This document shows positions 26,536 through 39,449 of a DNA stretch of 64,000 bases, one piece after another (position 1 is the first letter of the stretch; each line of letters starts with the position of its first letter). A program made the translations under genes and the position numbers. The notes below the pieces were generated by a model. It was given only the letters and a program-made list of their open reading frames with translations. It did not search any database and was not told where the DNA came from. The stretch is taken from the NCBI RefSeq assembly GCF_009914755.1, contig NC_060937.1; one strand, 5' to 3'. This stretch comes from the human T2T-CHM13v2.0 reference genome, Homo sapiens.

Positions 26536-28976
26536 TAACATGGCTTGAATATTTTGTCCCCTCCAGAAATTTACATTGAATACTAATCCCCAATGCTACA
26601 GTGTTGGGAAATAGGGCCTTTTGGGAGGCATATAGATTATTAGGACTCTGCCATCATGAACGTATTAATGATGTTATAAAAGGCCTTGATAGAGAAAATT
26701 TCTCCCTCTTGCTCTTTCGTCTTCTACCATTTGAGGACACAGTGTTCCTTTCCACTGGAATATGAAGTCTTCACAGTTCCATCTTGGAAGCAGAAAGCAG
26801 ACCTCACCAGATGCCGGCACCATGACCTTGGACTTCTCAGCCTCTAAAACTGCTAGAAATAAATCCTCATTTTTAATGAATTACCCAGTCTGTGGGTATT
26901 TTGCTTTAGTGGCACAAAACAAACTGAAAGAGAAATCAGTATCAAAAAAGTGGAATGTTGCTGAAACAAATATCTACAAATGTGGATATGGCTTTGGAGG
27001 TGGGTAATGAGAAGAGACTGGACTAGTTTAGAATTAAATGCTTGATAAAGCCTGGATTGCCATTAATGGAGCATTAAGTATGATTCTGGTGAGGCTTGAG
27101 AAGAAAAGGCAAATAAAAGAAGCCCCATTCTTACAGATTACTTGTGTGGTTGTGAATGGAATGTTGATAGAGATATGGACAGTAAAGGCCATTCTCATGA
27201 GGTCTTAGATGGAAATGAGAAACAAGATATTAGAAACTGGAGAAAACGCCATCCTTGTTTTAAAGTGGCACATAACTTGAGTGAATTGTGTTTATGTCCT
27301 AAGACTTTGTGGAAGGCAGAACTTAATAGTGATGAACTGAGATATAGGGGTGGACAAAATCTTTAAGCAGGAAAGCATTAAGGATATACTGTGTTGTTTC
27401 GCTTGACTATTGTAAAACACAAGAAGAGGGAAACTATTTAAACATAGGATTTTTAATTAAAATGGAAGTAGAAGGAAAATATTTGGAAAATTCTCAGACC
27501 TTCCATGTAAAAAATAAGAAAGCATGCTTAAGATAGAAAACCAACGGTGCGACTAAAGGGTAGTTTGATAAGGAGATCAGGATACAAGGAAGCCAGGCAT
27601 TATTCACTGAGATGATGGAAGAATGACCCCACAAATTTTCCCATATTTTCAGGGATGCCATGTCCATGATAGGCCCTTGAGTGCTAAGGCCTTGGGTGCA
27701 GAATGGTTTTTGGAGAGGGGCCCAGGACCCCTTTAGGACATTGAGACTCACTACACAGGACTGTCATTGGTCTCTGTTCCCCACATTTTGATCCAGTGCT
27801 ATTCAGCTTCTCCAGATACAACTCATGTAGGCTCAGGTGTGTCTTGGGCCTCTGCTCCTGAGGATGCAAGCATTGTGCCTTGGCAGTGTCTACGAGGTGC
27901 TAATTATGCTTTCACACAGAGTGCAAGAGCCATGAAATCACGGCTTCCCCTACCTAGACTTCAACTGATGCATCAGTGAGCCTCAGGGTGCAGAAGTTTC
28001 ACTATGGAGAGCCCCCACCAGGAGGATATTTAGTGGAGCCATGGGGGCAGGACAGCCCAAAATGCCCCAGAACTGTAGAGCCATCCGTGTGCACCAATAG
28101 CCTGGAAAAGCTGCAAGCATGTGACTGCTGAAGCATGGCTTACTGCCAGCAAAGCCCTGTGGTGGGGCTGCCTGGGGCCTTGATGGCCCAACCCTTAGCC
28201 TTGTGTGTCCCAAAGACAGGACATGGAATCAAAGAAGATTGTTCTTCAGCCTTAAGGTTGAATGTTGTTTGCCTTGTTGGGTTTTGGACTTACTTGGGAC
28301 ATGTTACTCCTTTTTTCTTGCCTATTTCTCTCTTTTGGAATGGAATTGCCTATTTTATGACTGTGTCACCATTGTATTTTGAAAGGACATATCTTGATTT
28401 TGACTCTTGGTTGGAGGAAAATTTTCTTCAGGATGAATTATACCTTGAGTTTAATGCATATGTGATTTAAATGAGATGGTAAATTTTAGACTTTTGAGTT
28501 GATGCTGGAACAAGTTCAGACTTAGGGCTATTGAAGTGGAATAAACATATTTGGTGAGGAGGACACAAATTTTGAGGGCTCAGGAAAGAATGCTATGGTT
28601 TGAATGCTTTCATCCCTTCCAAAAATTCATATTGAAACTTAATTCCCAATGCAATGAAGTTGCGAGGCAGGTGAGGTGTTTAGGTCACGAGGACTCTCAT
28701 CATAAATGAATTAATGCCATTATAAAAGTGCTTGATGGAGCCAGTTCTCCTTTTGCTCTTTTATGCGCCGCTATGTGAGATCACAGTATTCCTCCCCTCG
28801 GGAGGACACAGCATTCCAGGTGTTATTTCAGAAGCATAAAGCGGCCATTGCTAGATCCTAGCAACTTGATCTTGGACTACCCAACCTGCAGAACAGTGAG
28901 AAATAAATCTTTAAATTGTACATAAGTTACCCAATTGGTGGTAATCTGTTATAACATCACAAAATGGACTAAGGCA
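26536..28976 (+). mobile_element. Complete MaLR element: MSTC-like LTR (26536-26931), MST-int (26932-28590), LTR (28591-28976)
   Basis: Two homologous LTRs (tgctatggtttgaatg...ggactaaggca); internal MaLR motifs gaggtcttagatggaaatgag and agaaactggagaaaacgccatccttg; purine-rich tract before the 3' LTR. Confidence 0.88.
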
Positions 28977-29020
28977 CCCACTATCAGTTGCATGGATAAA
29001 CAATATATGGTATATACATA

Positions 29021-29591
29021 TGTGATGGTTTATTTTATTTTAGGTGTTAACTTGACTGAATTGAAGGATGCCAGGATGTCTGGTGAAGCATTGTTTCTCA
29101 GTGTATCTGTGAGGGTGTTTCCAGAGAAGATTGACATGTGCCAGTGGACTGAGCATAAGAAGACCCGCCCTTAATGCAGGCAGACTCCATCCAGTTATCT
29201 GGGGGCCTGCCAAAGATAAACAAAGAAGAGGACTCTCTCTGTTCTGGGGCAGGATGCTTTTTCTCTTCCTGCCCTTGAACTCAGACTCCAGATGCATTGG
29301 CTTTTACACTCTATGATTTGCACTAGTGGCTTCCCAGGGGCAATAGGTCTTTTGGCTTCAAACTGATGGCTGCATCATCAGCTTCTGCAGTTCTGGGGCT
29401 TCCAGACTAAGCCATGCTACCAGCTTCTGCAGTTCTGGGGCTTCCAGACTAAGCCATGCTACCTCTAGCTTGTGGATGGCTTGTGGTGGAACTTCTTTAC
29501 CTCTGTGATCATGTAAGCCAATACTCCCTAATAAATCACCTTCCACATATATTCTATTGGTTATGTCTCCTGGAGAATCCTGACTTAAACA
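29021..29591 (+). mobile_element. MLT2A/B-like ERVL solo LTR
   Basis: tgtgatggtt...aacttgactgaattgaaggatgc...tctgtgagggtgtttccagagaagatt...ctggagaatcctgac. Confidence 0.85.
29379..29462. repeat. Perfect 42-bp tandem duplication
   Basis: cagcttctgcagttctggggcttccagactaagccatgctac at 29379-29420 and 29421-29462. Confidence 0.95.
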
Positions 29592-30199
29592 CAATTAAAT
29601 GAAATACTACTCAGGAGTAAAAATGAATTACTGATACAAGCTACAACATAAATGAATCATGAATACTTATGCTGAATAGAAGAAGCTAGAGAAAAAGAAT
29701 GAATGCATCCCATTTGGCTCTCTTTATGTGAAATTCTAGAAAATATACACTAATATATAGTGACAGGAAACAAATTGGGCATGAAGAGGAGGGATACTAA
29801 AGGGCTGGTGAGAAAGGTCACAAAGGACACAGAGGAACTTTTGGGTGTGATGGATACATTCGTTGCTTATATCATGCTGATGGCTCCACTGATGTACAGA
29901 TGACAATATTAAACACATGTAAAACATACTCAATTTTATACTTTAACGGAGTATATTATTTGTCAATTACATCTCAATACATGTTTTAAAAATGTAGGTG
30001 GAGAAACACTATCACATATGTTCCTCCTAATCATTTCTTATACCCACAATGATTTATTCTACCATCATGCAAGCTGAGACCCTGATTTTAGCCTTCAGGT
30101 CACAATTTTCTACTTGGCTACCTGTGTACGTGATAATTTACTCTACATCTCCAACTGAATATACCATAACATTTAACTTCTACACATATTAAACTAAAC

Positions 30200-30775
30200 A
30201 TTTTTAATCAACTTAGTATTTCAATCTACTTCAGACAATGTTAATATCTAGAACCCAGTAACTACAGACAATCTTGAGGGAAAATGTCAAGTTCTTCCTC
30301 TTCTATGTATCAAGAATTTCCAGTAACTGGGCTTTTGCATAGAAAGACTTTCAGGATCTGGCCCTTCATCTTCTGCAATTGTGTCTTCTCTCATTAAATT
30401 TTTTTAAAAAATCACAATTGACTGTTTTCTTGATGAACTTGCTAAGTTCTTTTGTGTCACACACTTCACTTCATGTTATTCCATCTGCCTGTAAATCTGC
30501 CCCTTTCATCATTTGTAAATCTTAATCCAATGCTATATTCCTTATAGAGTTTGTTCCCAGATCTCTCACTGACTTTGGAGTGCCATTTCCTTTGGACTCA
30601 CTATATTAAATAAATATCATCATTTTATTAAATATATTAGTTTATCATATTTGCTCAAAGTCGGATATTAACTTTACTGGGAACAGGGCATGGAGGATGC
30701 ATTTTCATTTGTACATGGCTAGTGCTCAGCACAGCACTTGATATGTAATGAATTGCAAGATGTGAAAAAATGAAC
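30200..30775 (+). mobile_element. L2 3' fragment
   Basis: ttcaggatctggccc, gttattccatctgcctg, ctagtgctcagcacagcacttg. Confidence 0.5.
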
Positions 30776-31529
30776 AAGATAATTGGCCAAGAAGTAACAG
30801 TGCTTCTACATGCCCAGAGAAGGCTTGTCTAGCTTAAATTGTTTTTTTCTTTTCTTTAGGTATGAAAAGATAGGGTCTCAAAGCAGGCAGCAGTTTTATT
30901 TATGTGGCAGAATGTACCAGTCTGAGGTGTCATACTTAATAAGCACTCTCCGGAAATTATTTGTGTAATAATTTTTTTTAATCTGAAGAATCATTAGTGA
31001 TGAGGGAGATAAGTCATAATGATACACGGTGGCCTTTCATTTGGTGGGTGGTGTGATCAATAAAGTAGTCCAGTAAGATTTATATCTGGACACAGATTAG
31101 AAGAAAATTTTTTACCCCTCAAATCCTATATGCAAGAAAGCACTATTCATACAAATTCTGCTTGCCATTTATGAATGAAATTAACTATGCATAACTAACA
31201 TTGGAATTAACTTAATGAGAAAGATATATAATAGATCAAATTGTGAATGTCATGGATCACATTAACTTTTAAGATGGTAGTAATACATTAACTGTGCTAT
31301 TTCCAAATGTTCATTTAATTTATTTGTTTAGTATGTAATTTTTTGTTTATTCAGCGCTCCATGGTATTTCAGAAAAGCTAATGCTTCCTTTTTCCAAGTC
31401 ACATATTTGGGGTTGGTAAATCAAAAAATTATGAAAGGAATTTTAACCTACCTCCCAAAAATGTGCCTTCTTCTCCTCTTCCTTCTCTCCCTTTTTATTT
31501 TTGCTCTTCTTTCTTTTCCTTTTCCCTCT

Positions 31530-31548
31530 CATTATTATTATCATCATT

Positions 31549-31585
<37 letters not shown>
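31530..31585. repeat. (TAT)/(CAT)n trinucleotide repeat
   Basis: About 11 uninterrupted CAT units; explains the poly-His in spurious ORF 31407-31673. Confidence 0.95.
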
Positions 31586-31854
31586 ATCCATTACCCTTAG
31601 AAGTCATGGTAGATCATGTCTCTTTTTAAACGTCCATTATTTTGCATTTATTAAAAACTTAAAAGATGATTAAACACTGCTTTAAATCACATTTCACCAT
31701 TCATTTCATTTCATATTTCAAAACTGTGTTGATCTTAAAATTTAATGATACACTTATAATTTTTTTACCTTTTAGGCCACATAGTATAATTAGATGTGAT
31801 TTGTAAAAGTATTTAACATATAATTTTCTAACATACATTAAACTACAATTTTAG

Positions 31855-32182
31855 GGGAGTAAAATGTGGTAACCAGGGACTGGGACAATGGAGCGGTGAG
31901 TGTGTTGGGGAGATATTGGTCAAAGAATACAAAATTTCAGTGAGCTGGGAGAAATAAGTTCAAGAGATCCATATCACATCATAGTGACTATAGTTAACAA
32001 TATTATCTCTTCTGAAAAAATACTAAGAAAGTAATTTTCAATGTCCTCATCACAAAATAACTGTGCAGTAATGAATACATGAATTAATTAGATTTAACCA
32101 TTTTGCTATATATGTATATATTTCAAACAGCATGTTGCACCCAATAAATGCATACAATTTTACTTGTCACATAAATAAAAAA
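31855..32182 (+). mobile_element. L1MA (MA4-8-like) 3' UTR fragment
   Basis: ggagatattggtcaaagaatacaaaatttcag...aataagttcaagagatc...gtgactatagttaacaa...A tail. Confidence 0.75.
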
Positions 32183-32446
32183 CTGCATATTTAATTAAAA
32201 TCTGAAACATTTCTAAATAATTTTATTAAGCAATGCACCGCATAGGATTTTAATGACCAAATAGAATGTTACACACATATATGTGCACATACTTAAATAT
32301 AAATACATCCATATATATATAGAGACACACACATTTCATAGGCAAGGTCTAAGTTATTGTAAAATAATTTATCCTCTAAAATTTCTGGTTGTCTTTAAGT
32401 TTCTTGAAGAACTGTATTATGTGAAGCTTCATGCATACACACTGAA

Positions 32447-32540
32447 GTCACTAGATAGATAGATAATATTCTGTCAGTGACAGATAATATAGTGACAGAT
32501 AATATCTGTCACTAGACAGATAGACAGACAGATAGATAAT
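32447..32540. repeat. GATA/GACA repeat containing nested direct and inverted repeats
   Basis: 25-bp palindrome tagtgacagata-a-tatctgtcacta (32490-32514); 15-bp tandem agtgacagataatat twice (32476-32505). Confidence 0.9.
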
Positions 32541-32739
32541 GAAACAAAAATATACTTCCTATCAATACAATATGATTTGGAATATGAAAACTTACATTTC
32601 TAAACTGACATTTAAGAATAATACAATATTTACAAAAATTTTAATTTTGAGAAAATTTGACTGTTTTCAGGTCAATATACTTCATTGAAAACAAAATATT
32701 CTGAAAGGAATAAATTCACAACCAAAAAATGCCTTAGTT

Positions 32740-33040
32740 CCAGTCAGGCACAGAGAGTGGGTCTCACCAGTTAATCTCCAGTCTAACATATTCCTGCCCC
32801 TTGATGTTAGGCATGGCCAAGTATCTCATTTTGAACAACATATTGTGAGCAAATCCTATTCCTTCTCCTACTATGATACCCAGGAACATTCTAGAAGGGG
32901 AGACTGATTCAACTGAGTCCCTGAGTGCCATTGTAGGGTACCTTTATTTTTTTTATAACAACCTTCATTGAATATGGAGTGTGATCAATACAAAATATTT
33001 TTTGTGTTAAACTGCTTCATTTTCAGTGTTGTTTTTAGTG
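32740..33040 (+). mobile_element. Old MLT1 (I/J-like) LTR fragment
   Basis: ttcctgccccttgatgttaggcatggcca...gagtccctgagt...ttttgtgttaaac. Confidence 0.5.
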
Positions 33041-33164
33041 TTATTCTATCAACAATTATTTAAGCAGGAAGCCAAGGATGGTAATGATGCCTCATATTTT
33101 TCCTTGAATACCTTTAAACCACAGTGTAAAGCCACCAGTTTGCTGTAAATTACTTGTGGGATTT

Positions 33165-34200
33165 GTTTTATGTTTTATTTATTTATTTATTTGTATTTTA
33201 TTGTGATTGAATATATGTATCATAAAATTTGCAACCTTATCCACTTAAAATGGTCTTCTATAAATTCATAATGTGCAAACATTACTACTACTCATCTCCA
33301 TAACTCATTTCATCTTGTAAAACTGAAAGTCTATATCTATTAAACAATAAATTCTTATAAACTCTCTCACCCAGCACCTAGCAACCACTCTTCTACTTTC
33401 TATAGTTTTGACTACTTTAAGTATATCATGTAAGTGGAATCATACAGTCTTTGTCTTTTTTGTGACTGGCTTATTTCACTTAGCATATTGTCTTCAATAC
33501 TCATTCATGTTGTAGCATGTGTCAAAATTCCCTTCCTTTCTAGCCTGAATAGTATTTTATGGTATATGTGTACCATATTTTACTTATCCATGTATCTGTC
33601 CTTGGGCACTTGGGTTGCTTCCACATTTACCTACTGTAAATAGTGTTGCTAAAAACGTGAGTGTACAAGTATCTCTTCAAGATTCTGCTTTTAATTGAGG
33701 GGGGTACAAAGCCATAAGTGTAACTACCATACTCTTTTCCATAGAATCTGTTCCATTCTGTGTTCCTACCCACAGTGCACAAGGAATCCAATTTCTCCAC
33801 ATCTTCATCTGCTATATTCTATTTTGTTTTCTTTTTTTTGATAATTGTCATCCTAAAGGGTATTTCACTGTAGCTTTGATTTTCATTTATCTAATGATTA
33901 GTGATGTTGAACATCTTTTTGTATACTTATTGGCCATTTTTACATATTCTTTGGAGAAACATCTACTCAAGTCATTTGCCTACTTTTGAATCTGGCTGTT
34001 TTTCTGTTGTTGAATTTTAGTAGTTCTCTACATATTCTGTTTATCAATCCCTTATCAGATACATGATTTGCAAATAGTTTCTCCCCTTCTGTGAATTATC
34101 TTTTTCCTCTCTTGATAATGCCTTTTGATGGACAAATATTTTTAATTTTCATGAAGTCCAATTTTGTCTACTTTTTTTGTTGCCTATGCCTTTAATGTTA
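33165..34200 (-). mobile_element. L1MB 3' end
   Basis: catctccataactcatttcatcttgtaaaactgaaa...gtggaatcatacagt...tgtgactggcttatttcacttagcat. Confidence 0.8.
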
Positions 34201-34557
34201 CTACTGTTTTGTATTGATGTGACACTCTAGAACGAAAACAAAGCAGGTACTTATTCATACATATGCATCTAGATTACAAACTCAGGTAGGTAAACAGGTA
34301 CATTGTTTAAATCAAAACATGAATTAATAAAATGCAGAGGAAATATGACCATGAGTTAATCATAAACTATCAGGAAATCACTCTCCTTGACAACTCTCTA
34401 TTAAGGGTTGGGACTAGGTATGTAGAAAATAAAGTGTGGACTAGGTTTTAGAGATTAAGGAATACTGCAAACACTTTTTAATCTTATTAAATGTTTGCTA
34501 ACCTAGAAAATTGCAGTGATTAATGGGTTGTCATTTTTCTGGGGATGATGGAGTAAT

Positions 34558-34880
34558 GCAGTCACATATTGGTAGCCTGCAAGCCAAATCCATTTCACAT
34601 ATGAGTTTGGTTTGGCTTGGATGGTTGTAGCTCAAACAATATTTTTAAACAAAGGAACAAACAAAGTATTGTTCTACATTCTAAAAATATACTTATCCAC
34701 TTTTTCTTCAAAAACTAGAAGGTTTTTCAAAGATAATATTTAGGTGGAGAGCACCTGCATTTATTTCAAAGGGTATAAATGCTTCATTATAAAAGAGTCT
34801 CCACATCTTACATTTTTATGCTCATACTCAACTGGCTTTATTTATTTTTCTTATCTTCTGGGCAAGTGCATATTTTCATA
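34558..34880 (+). mobile_element. hAT-Charlie MITE fragment (MER102-like)
   Basis: ttggtagcctgcaagccaaatcc...gagtttggtttggctt resembles the MER102 5' end. Confidence 0.4.
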
Positions 34881-35384
34881 TTTTATTATGGAGAGTAAAC
34901 GATTTGAGTGGTAATGAGCAACAATTCATTTTGAAAATTAACAATCAAGGTGTAGTTCAATAATTATCTAATGATAGGGTCACTAAGAACTAATAACTTA
35001 TTTTGAGCCTATAACTTTCAGTGAAACTGATTTAACAATATAAAGGAGGTGGACAGAGATAAGAAGAATGAGCATTTGGATTAAATGAATGAGAGTCACA
35101 AACTAAGAGATTTGTTTCAGAACATAAATCTAGATAATTAAGCCTTTGGTATGATAAATTTTTAATAATTTTACCCAGCAACTATGGGTATTTACGTATA
35201 TTTTTTGATGACTTTAAGTGTGTTCATCAATTAGGTTCTTAAGTCTTAAAATGTGATAGTGTTAACAATAAAAGAACTGTGGAAATGTAAATAAAAATGT
35301 TTCTTGCACTTCAGAAATCGAAATTCCTGTGATCTTGATATATAGAAATGAAAATGTTAATAGCTGTTCTTTGTTAATTGCCTC

Positions 35385-37250
35385 AGTCAGTCAAATATTG
35401 GCTGTGTGCCTGTTCTGTGAAGGACGCTGTGCTACGAACCTAAGTAGATCAGGAGTTTAAAGAGAAAATGCTACATATATGTTACTGGTTTGCCTACATA
35501 ATGTGGTGTGAGGAGAAAACGAAAAGTAAATATCATGCGTAAATAATATGTTAATTTTTTTAATGTTTTGGAAAACTGGAGGAGGATGAATTGTATCATG
35601 AGTGCTGAAATGAGTGGATAGGATGTGAAATAGGTTGTTATTTCATTTTAAATAGGATGAAAATGGTAGATTTTATTAATAGGGTGGAATTTAAGCAAAT
35701 ATTTGAAGTGAGTTAGGCAGATGAATATCTAGAGGAGCATCCCTGATAAAAGGAACAGTCAAAGCAAGAGGAGACAAGAAAGGATTACCCTTGGATTATT
35801 AAAACAAAACAAAACAAAACATTAAGGTGGCCCAGGTGACCTTGAAAGGGGTAATCAGTAGAAAAATAGTGGGGGATGAAGTGTGAGAGGTAATGGGAGC
35901 CTGACTTGTTAGTCCCTTACAGTGACTTTGGCTGTTTCTTTGCATAAAATGGGAATCACTACAAGGCTTAAAGCAGAATAGTAACATTAACTGGCTTGCA
36001 TTTTCAAGGTATCACCTTAGAGGCTGTCTGGAGTATAGAATGTACCCTTCTAAGGATAGGAGAAGCAGGCTAGGGTAATAATTTGGAGAAGCATTGCTAT
36101 TGGCTTGAACCAAGATAATCAGAGTGATGATCAGTGGTTACAGTTTAGGTGTATTTCCACGGTGGTGCCAAGCAGATTTGCTGAGGTATTGATCATGTTT
36201 GGAAAAAAAAAGAAGAAAGAAAGAAGGAAAGAAAGAAAGAGAGAGAGAAATAAAAACAATATGACCCCAAATTATTATATTTAAATAAGTACAAGGGGGA
36301 CACTTTGAGTAAAGGAGGATGAGGTGGGGCATGGGGAATAGTTTCAAGGAAGAAAGACCAGAGTTTGATTTGACATTGATATGTCTATTAGGCCTGTATG
36401 TCAACTGGTTAGATGAATTTGCAATTGAAAGCAGCAATCCAGAAAAAAATGAAAATTATTGGCAAAAATATAATTTTTAAAGATAAAATTTGATGAGATT
36501 ATAAAAGGAAAGATTCTAGACAGGAAATAGATGAGTATCTGGAGCTGTGGAATATGGAATAGTCAACATTAATAGATGAAATATCAGCAAAGTTATTGAG
36601 GAGCAAATTTTGAGATAGGCATTGTGCTAGTTTCCAGCGGCTGCGTTAACGAATTATCACATACTTGGTGATATAAAACAACAGAAATTTATTATTTCAC
36701 AATAGTGGAGATCAGACGTTCAACCGAGTTTTACTGGGACATGATCCCTCCAGAGGCTCTGGGGAGAAGCTTTCCTTGCTTCCTCCAGCTCCTGCCAGGT
36801 TTTCTTTGCTTGTGTTCACATCACTCCAATCTCCCCTTCAGTCTCCCATCACATTTTCTCTTTTGTATGTGTCAAATCTCCCTCTGCCTCTCTCCTTTAA
36901 TGACATTTCTGATTGAATTGAGGACCTACTTCAATAATTAATAGTGATCTTTCCATGACAAGATCCCTGACGTAAACATATCTTTTTTCTTTACAAGTTA
37001 ATATCCACAAGTCCCAGGGATAAGGAGTTAATATCTTTCAGAGGTCATTATTCTGACTAATACAAGCAAAAAATAAGAGTATGTTCTGTCAATTACAGCT
37101 AAATTTAAGCAATAGGTCCAAGGAGTTTTGCTGCAAAGGGGAATGAAGCAATTGGGCATAAGCTGAAGAGTAAACTCGGGTCAGGATTATTACTATTATT
37201 TTTTTAAGGTGAAAGAAATGTAGTGGAAGTGGCAAGTAGGGATTGATAGT
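35385..37250 (-). mobile_element. L2 (L2a-like) antisense, interrupted by MLT1
   Basis: gaatatctagaggagcatccctg, gactttggctgtttc, aatgggaatcactac, ggctgtctggagtatagaa. Confidence 0.7.
36622..37063 (-). mobile_element. MLT1C/D-like solo LTR
   Basis: tgtgctagtttccagcggctgcgttaacgaattatcac...aaaacaacagaaatttatt...ctaataca. Confidence 0.75.
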
Positions 37251-37271
37251 GATCAAAAAGATGAGAGTATC

Positions 37272-37770
37272 TGTGTTGGTGTTCTTTGCTAAATGTCAAA
37301 TAGGTCTTATAACAAGAATGAATTCAAATATTAATAGTTTATTTGAATGATAAAAGAATGAGTGAATGAGAGGAAAGGAAGAAAGGAAGCCAATAAGTGT
37401 GTGCTATGAGATGACCACTGTGGGGAATTGGTGATTAGTAATACCGAGACCTCTGAAAGACCACATGAAATACACTCAGGGTTTTATCTCTCAAAGAACA
37501 AGAGTTGCAGTAAATTACTCACCAATTCCTTTCTATCATTGAGTGAGGGCACTACTGGGATCATTAACTATGCAGCCCTTCTGACCTGGCCTGTACTTAA
37601 GCTCAACTGATCCCTGCAGATGAAGACTTCACGGGGAATCACAGGTTCTGGAAGTAGAAACTCTTTAGTGTATACAAGCAAAACTGAATATCACTGGGTT
37701 ATAGACAAGGTCCCGACAGGAACTGTTACAGAAAGGGAGAGAGATAGGGTCAAGTGCTCAAAGATCAGTA
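37272..37770 (-). mobile_element. LTR16-like ERVL solo LTR
   Basis: aaggaagccaataagtgtgtg...accactgtggggaattgg...caccaattcc...tcattgagtgagggc. Confidence 0.6.
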
Positions 37771-38902
37771 TATTTTATTTGTATCACTTGTTTAACAGCT
37801 TTCACATCTCTCTCTTGAATATCTGTGTATCTATGTATATCTCTATGTAGCTATTTCTGTCTATCTGTAGTTTAAATTAAGTAAAAAAGATAAATTAGAT
37901 AAATTGATACACTTGAAGCCTAGAGGAGAATTATTTTACAGTGCTAGTATCTACCACCTTTTAATTAAATGTCAATGATGGCATTTACCAAGATTGCTCC
38001 AAAGCATAACAAACAGTATATGCAGTGAAAGGACTAGTGTGTGACATATTTTAGAAATACAGTAACCAGAACCTTTGCTTCATTATAGCAGCAAAAATTT
38101 TTTCAGCATGTGCCACAGATGTATTCAAACCATAGAGACATGGATCTTACCATTTTCAAACTTGCTTTGATTATTTCATATTTTCTGGAAAAGAAATACT
38201 TAGTTTATGTCCAAGTTTAATTGAATTGAAACAACGGCCTTATCTCCCATAGATAAATTTAGCTTATAATGAACAGAGGAAGATGGACATACTTTTATTA
38301 CCATTCCTCTTTGAGATTTATGATGAAATTAAGTTATGTTGTTTTCATCAACAAATTTACTTTAAAAAGTGAAAAATTATCCATGACAAAGAAATGAGGG
38401 TATTAGTCCTTCATTTCTATTATACATGTTTAATAAAATATATGTATGTTCTTTTCATTTTTATTATAATTTTTTGTTTTACATATGAAGAATATTTCTT
38501 TGAAATTGGTTAATTATTAACAAAAATCAATAGATTGAGGTTATTATAAACCCATTGAAAGAAAAATGATTATATCCTTCCAGCTTTTAATTGTATTTGA
38601 AATAACAGACTGATTCTATTCACAATACTAAGATAAACAATAATTAAATTTAATTTATAAACTTTATCTTTTGTATTTTTAGATAAGACAATATGTATAT
38701 TTATAACCTGAGAATCTATTTTTAAGCATTAAGTCGATATCTGTACTGCAAGAAAATATTTCTAACACGCTTTCACTCTGCCCTTTAGAATTTAGTCCAA
38801 TAATCACCAAAATCACAACTCTGTCCCTTAGATTTCCCTTCTTACTCTGACAGAAAACGTGATTTTTCCCTGAGAACATCTATTTCCCTGCAAATGTCTT
38901 AG

Positions 38903-39341
38903 GCATTGTTTTCTAAGGCTTTGGTAATCCATTGCCATAAACCAGGTGGATTAAAACAACAGAAATTTATTCTCAAAGACTGGAGATGAGAAGCCCACAA
39001 TCAAGGTGTCACAGGTACTTCTCTCTGAAAGCTCTATGGAAGAATTCTTCCTTGTCTCTTCCAGCTTCCGGTAGTTGGCAGTAATTGTGTCATTCCTTGG
39101 ATTCTCTCCATCACACCACTCTCTGCCCCTGTCATCTCATGGCCTTCTCTCTGTGTGTCTATATGTCTGCGTCTCTTCTATTATAAAGTATCTTTGATTA
39201 TATTTGATCAAGGCCCATCCTAATGACCTTGTCTTAATATGATTACATCTCCAAAGACCCTATTTCCAAATAAGTTCACCTTCACAGCTACTTGGGGTTC
39301 AGTTTCACATATGATTTAGAGGGACACAACTCAACCACAAC
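38903..39341 (-). mobile_element. MLT1B/C-like solo LTR
   Basis: ttaaaacaacagaaatttattctca...gattacatctccaaagaccctatttccaaataag...gggacacaactcaacc. Confidence 0.8.
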
Positions 39342-39449
39342 TGGCACTGACTGTTTTTATAAGTTTAATTTAATGAAGACTCATGTAGGACAGTATGTGA
39401 GTTTTCCACCACAGCTCTAGTAACACTGGATGGAAAAACGCTCTCTTTC

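Larger units (their letters stand above)
26390..29990 (+). mobile_element. Old L1MC/MD 3' end (sense), split by an MST provirus and an MLT2 LTR
   Basis: gagagaaatgaaaatagatgtccacacaaatacttg (26445); atggataaacaatatatggtatatacata (~28992); gaaatactactcaggagtaaaaatgaattactgatac to ~29990. Confidence 0.7.

Noticed and set aside
30841-30945. Strong polypyrimidine-AG acceptor (others at ~2231, ~6134, ~16539)
   Set aside because: No convincing paired donor or coding frame; such sites are common in T-rich DNA and need transcript evidence
31407-31673. ORF with a poly-His run
   Set aside because: Translation of a (CAT)n microsatellite, non-ATG start, low-complexity flanks
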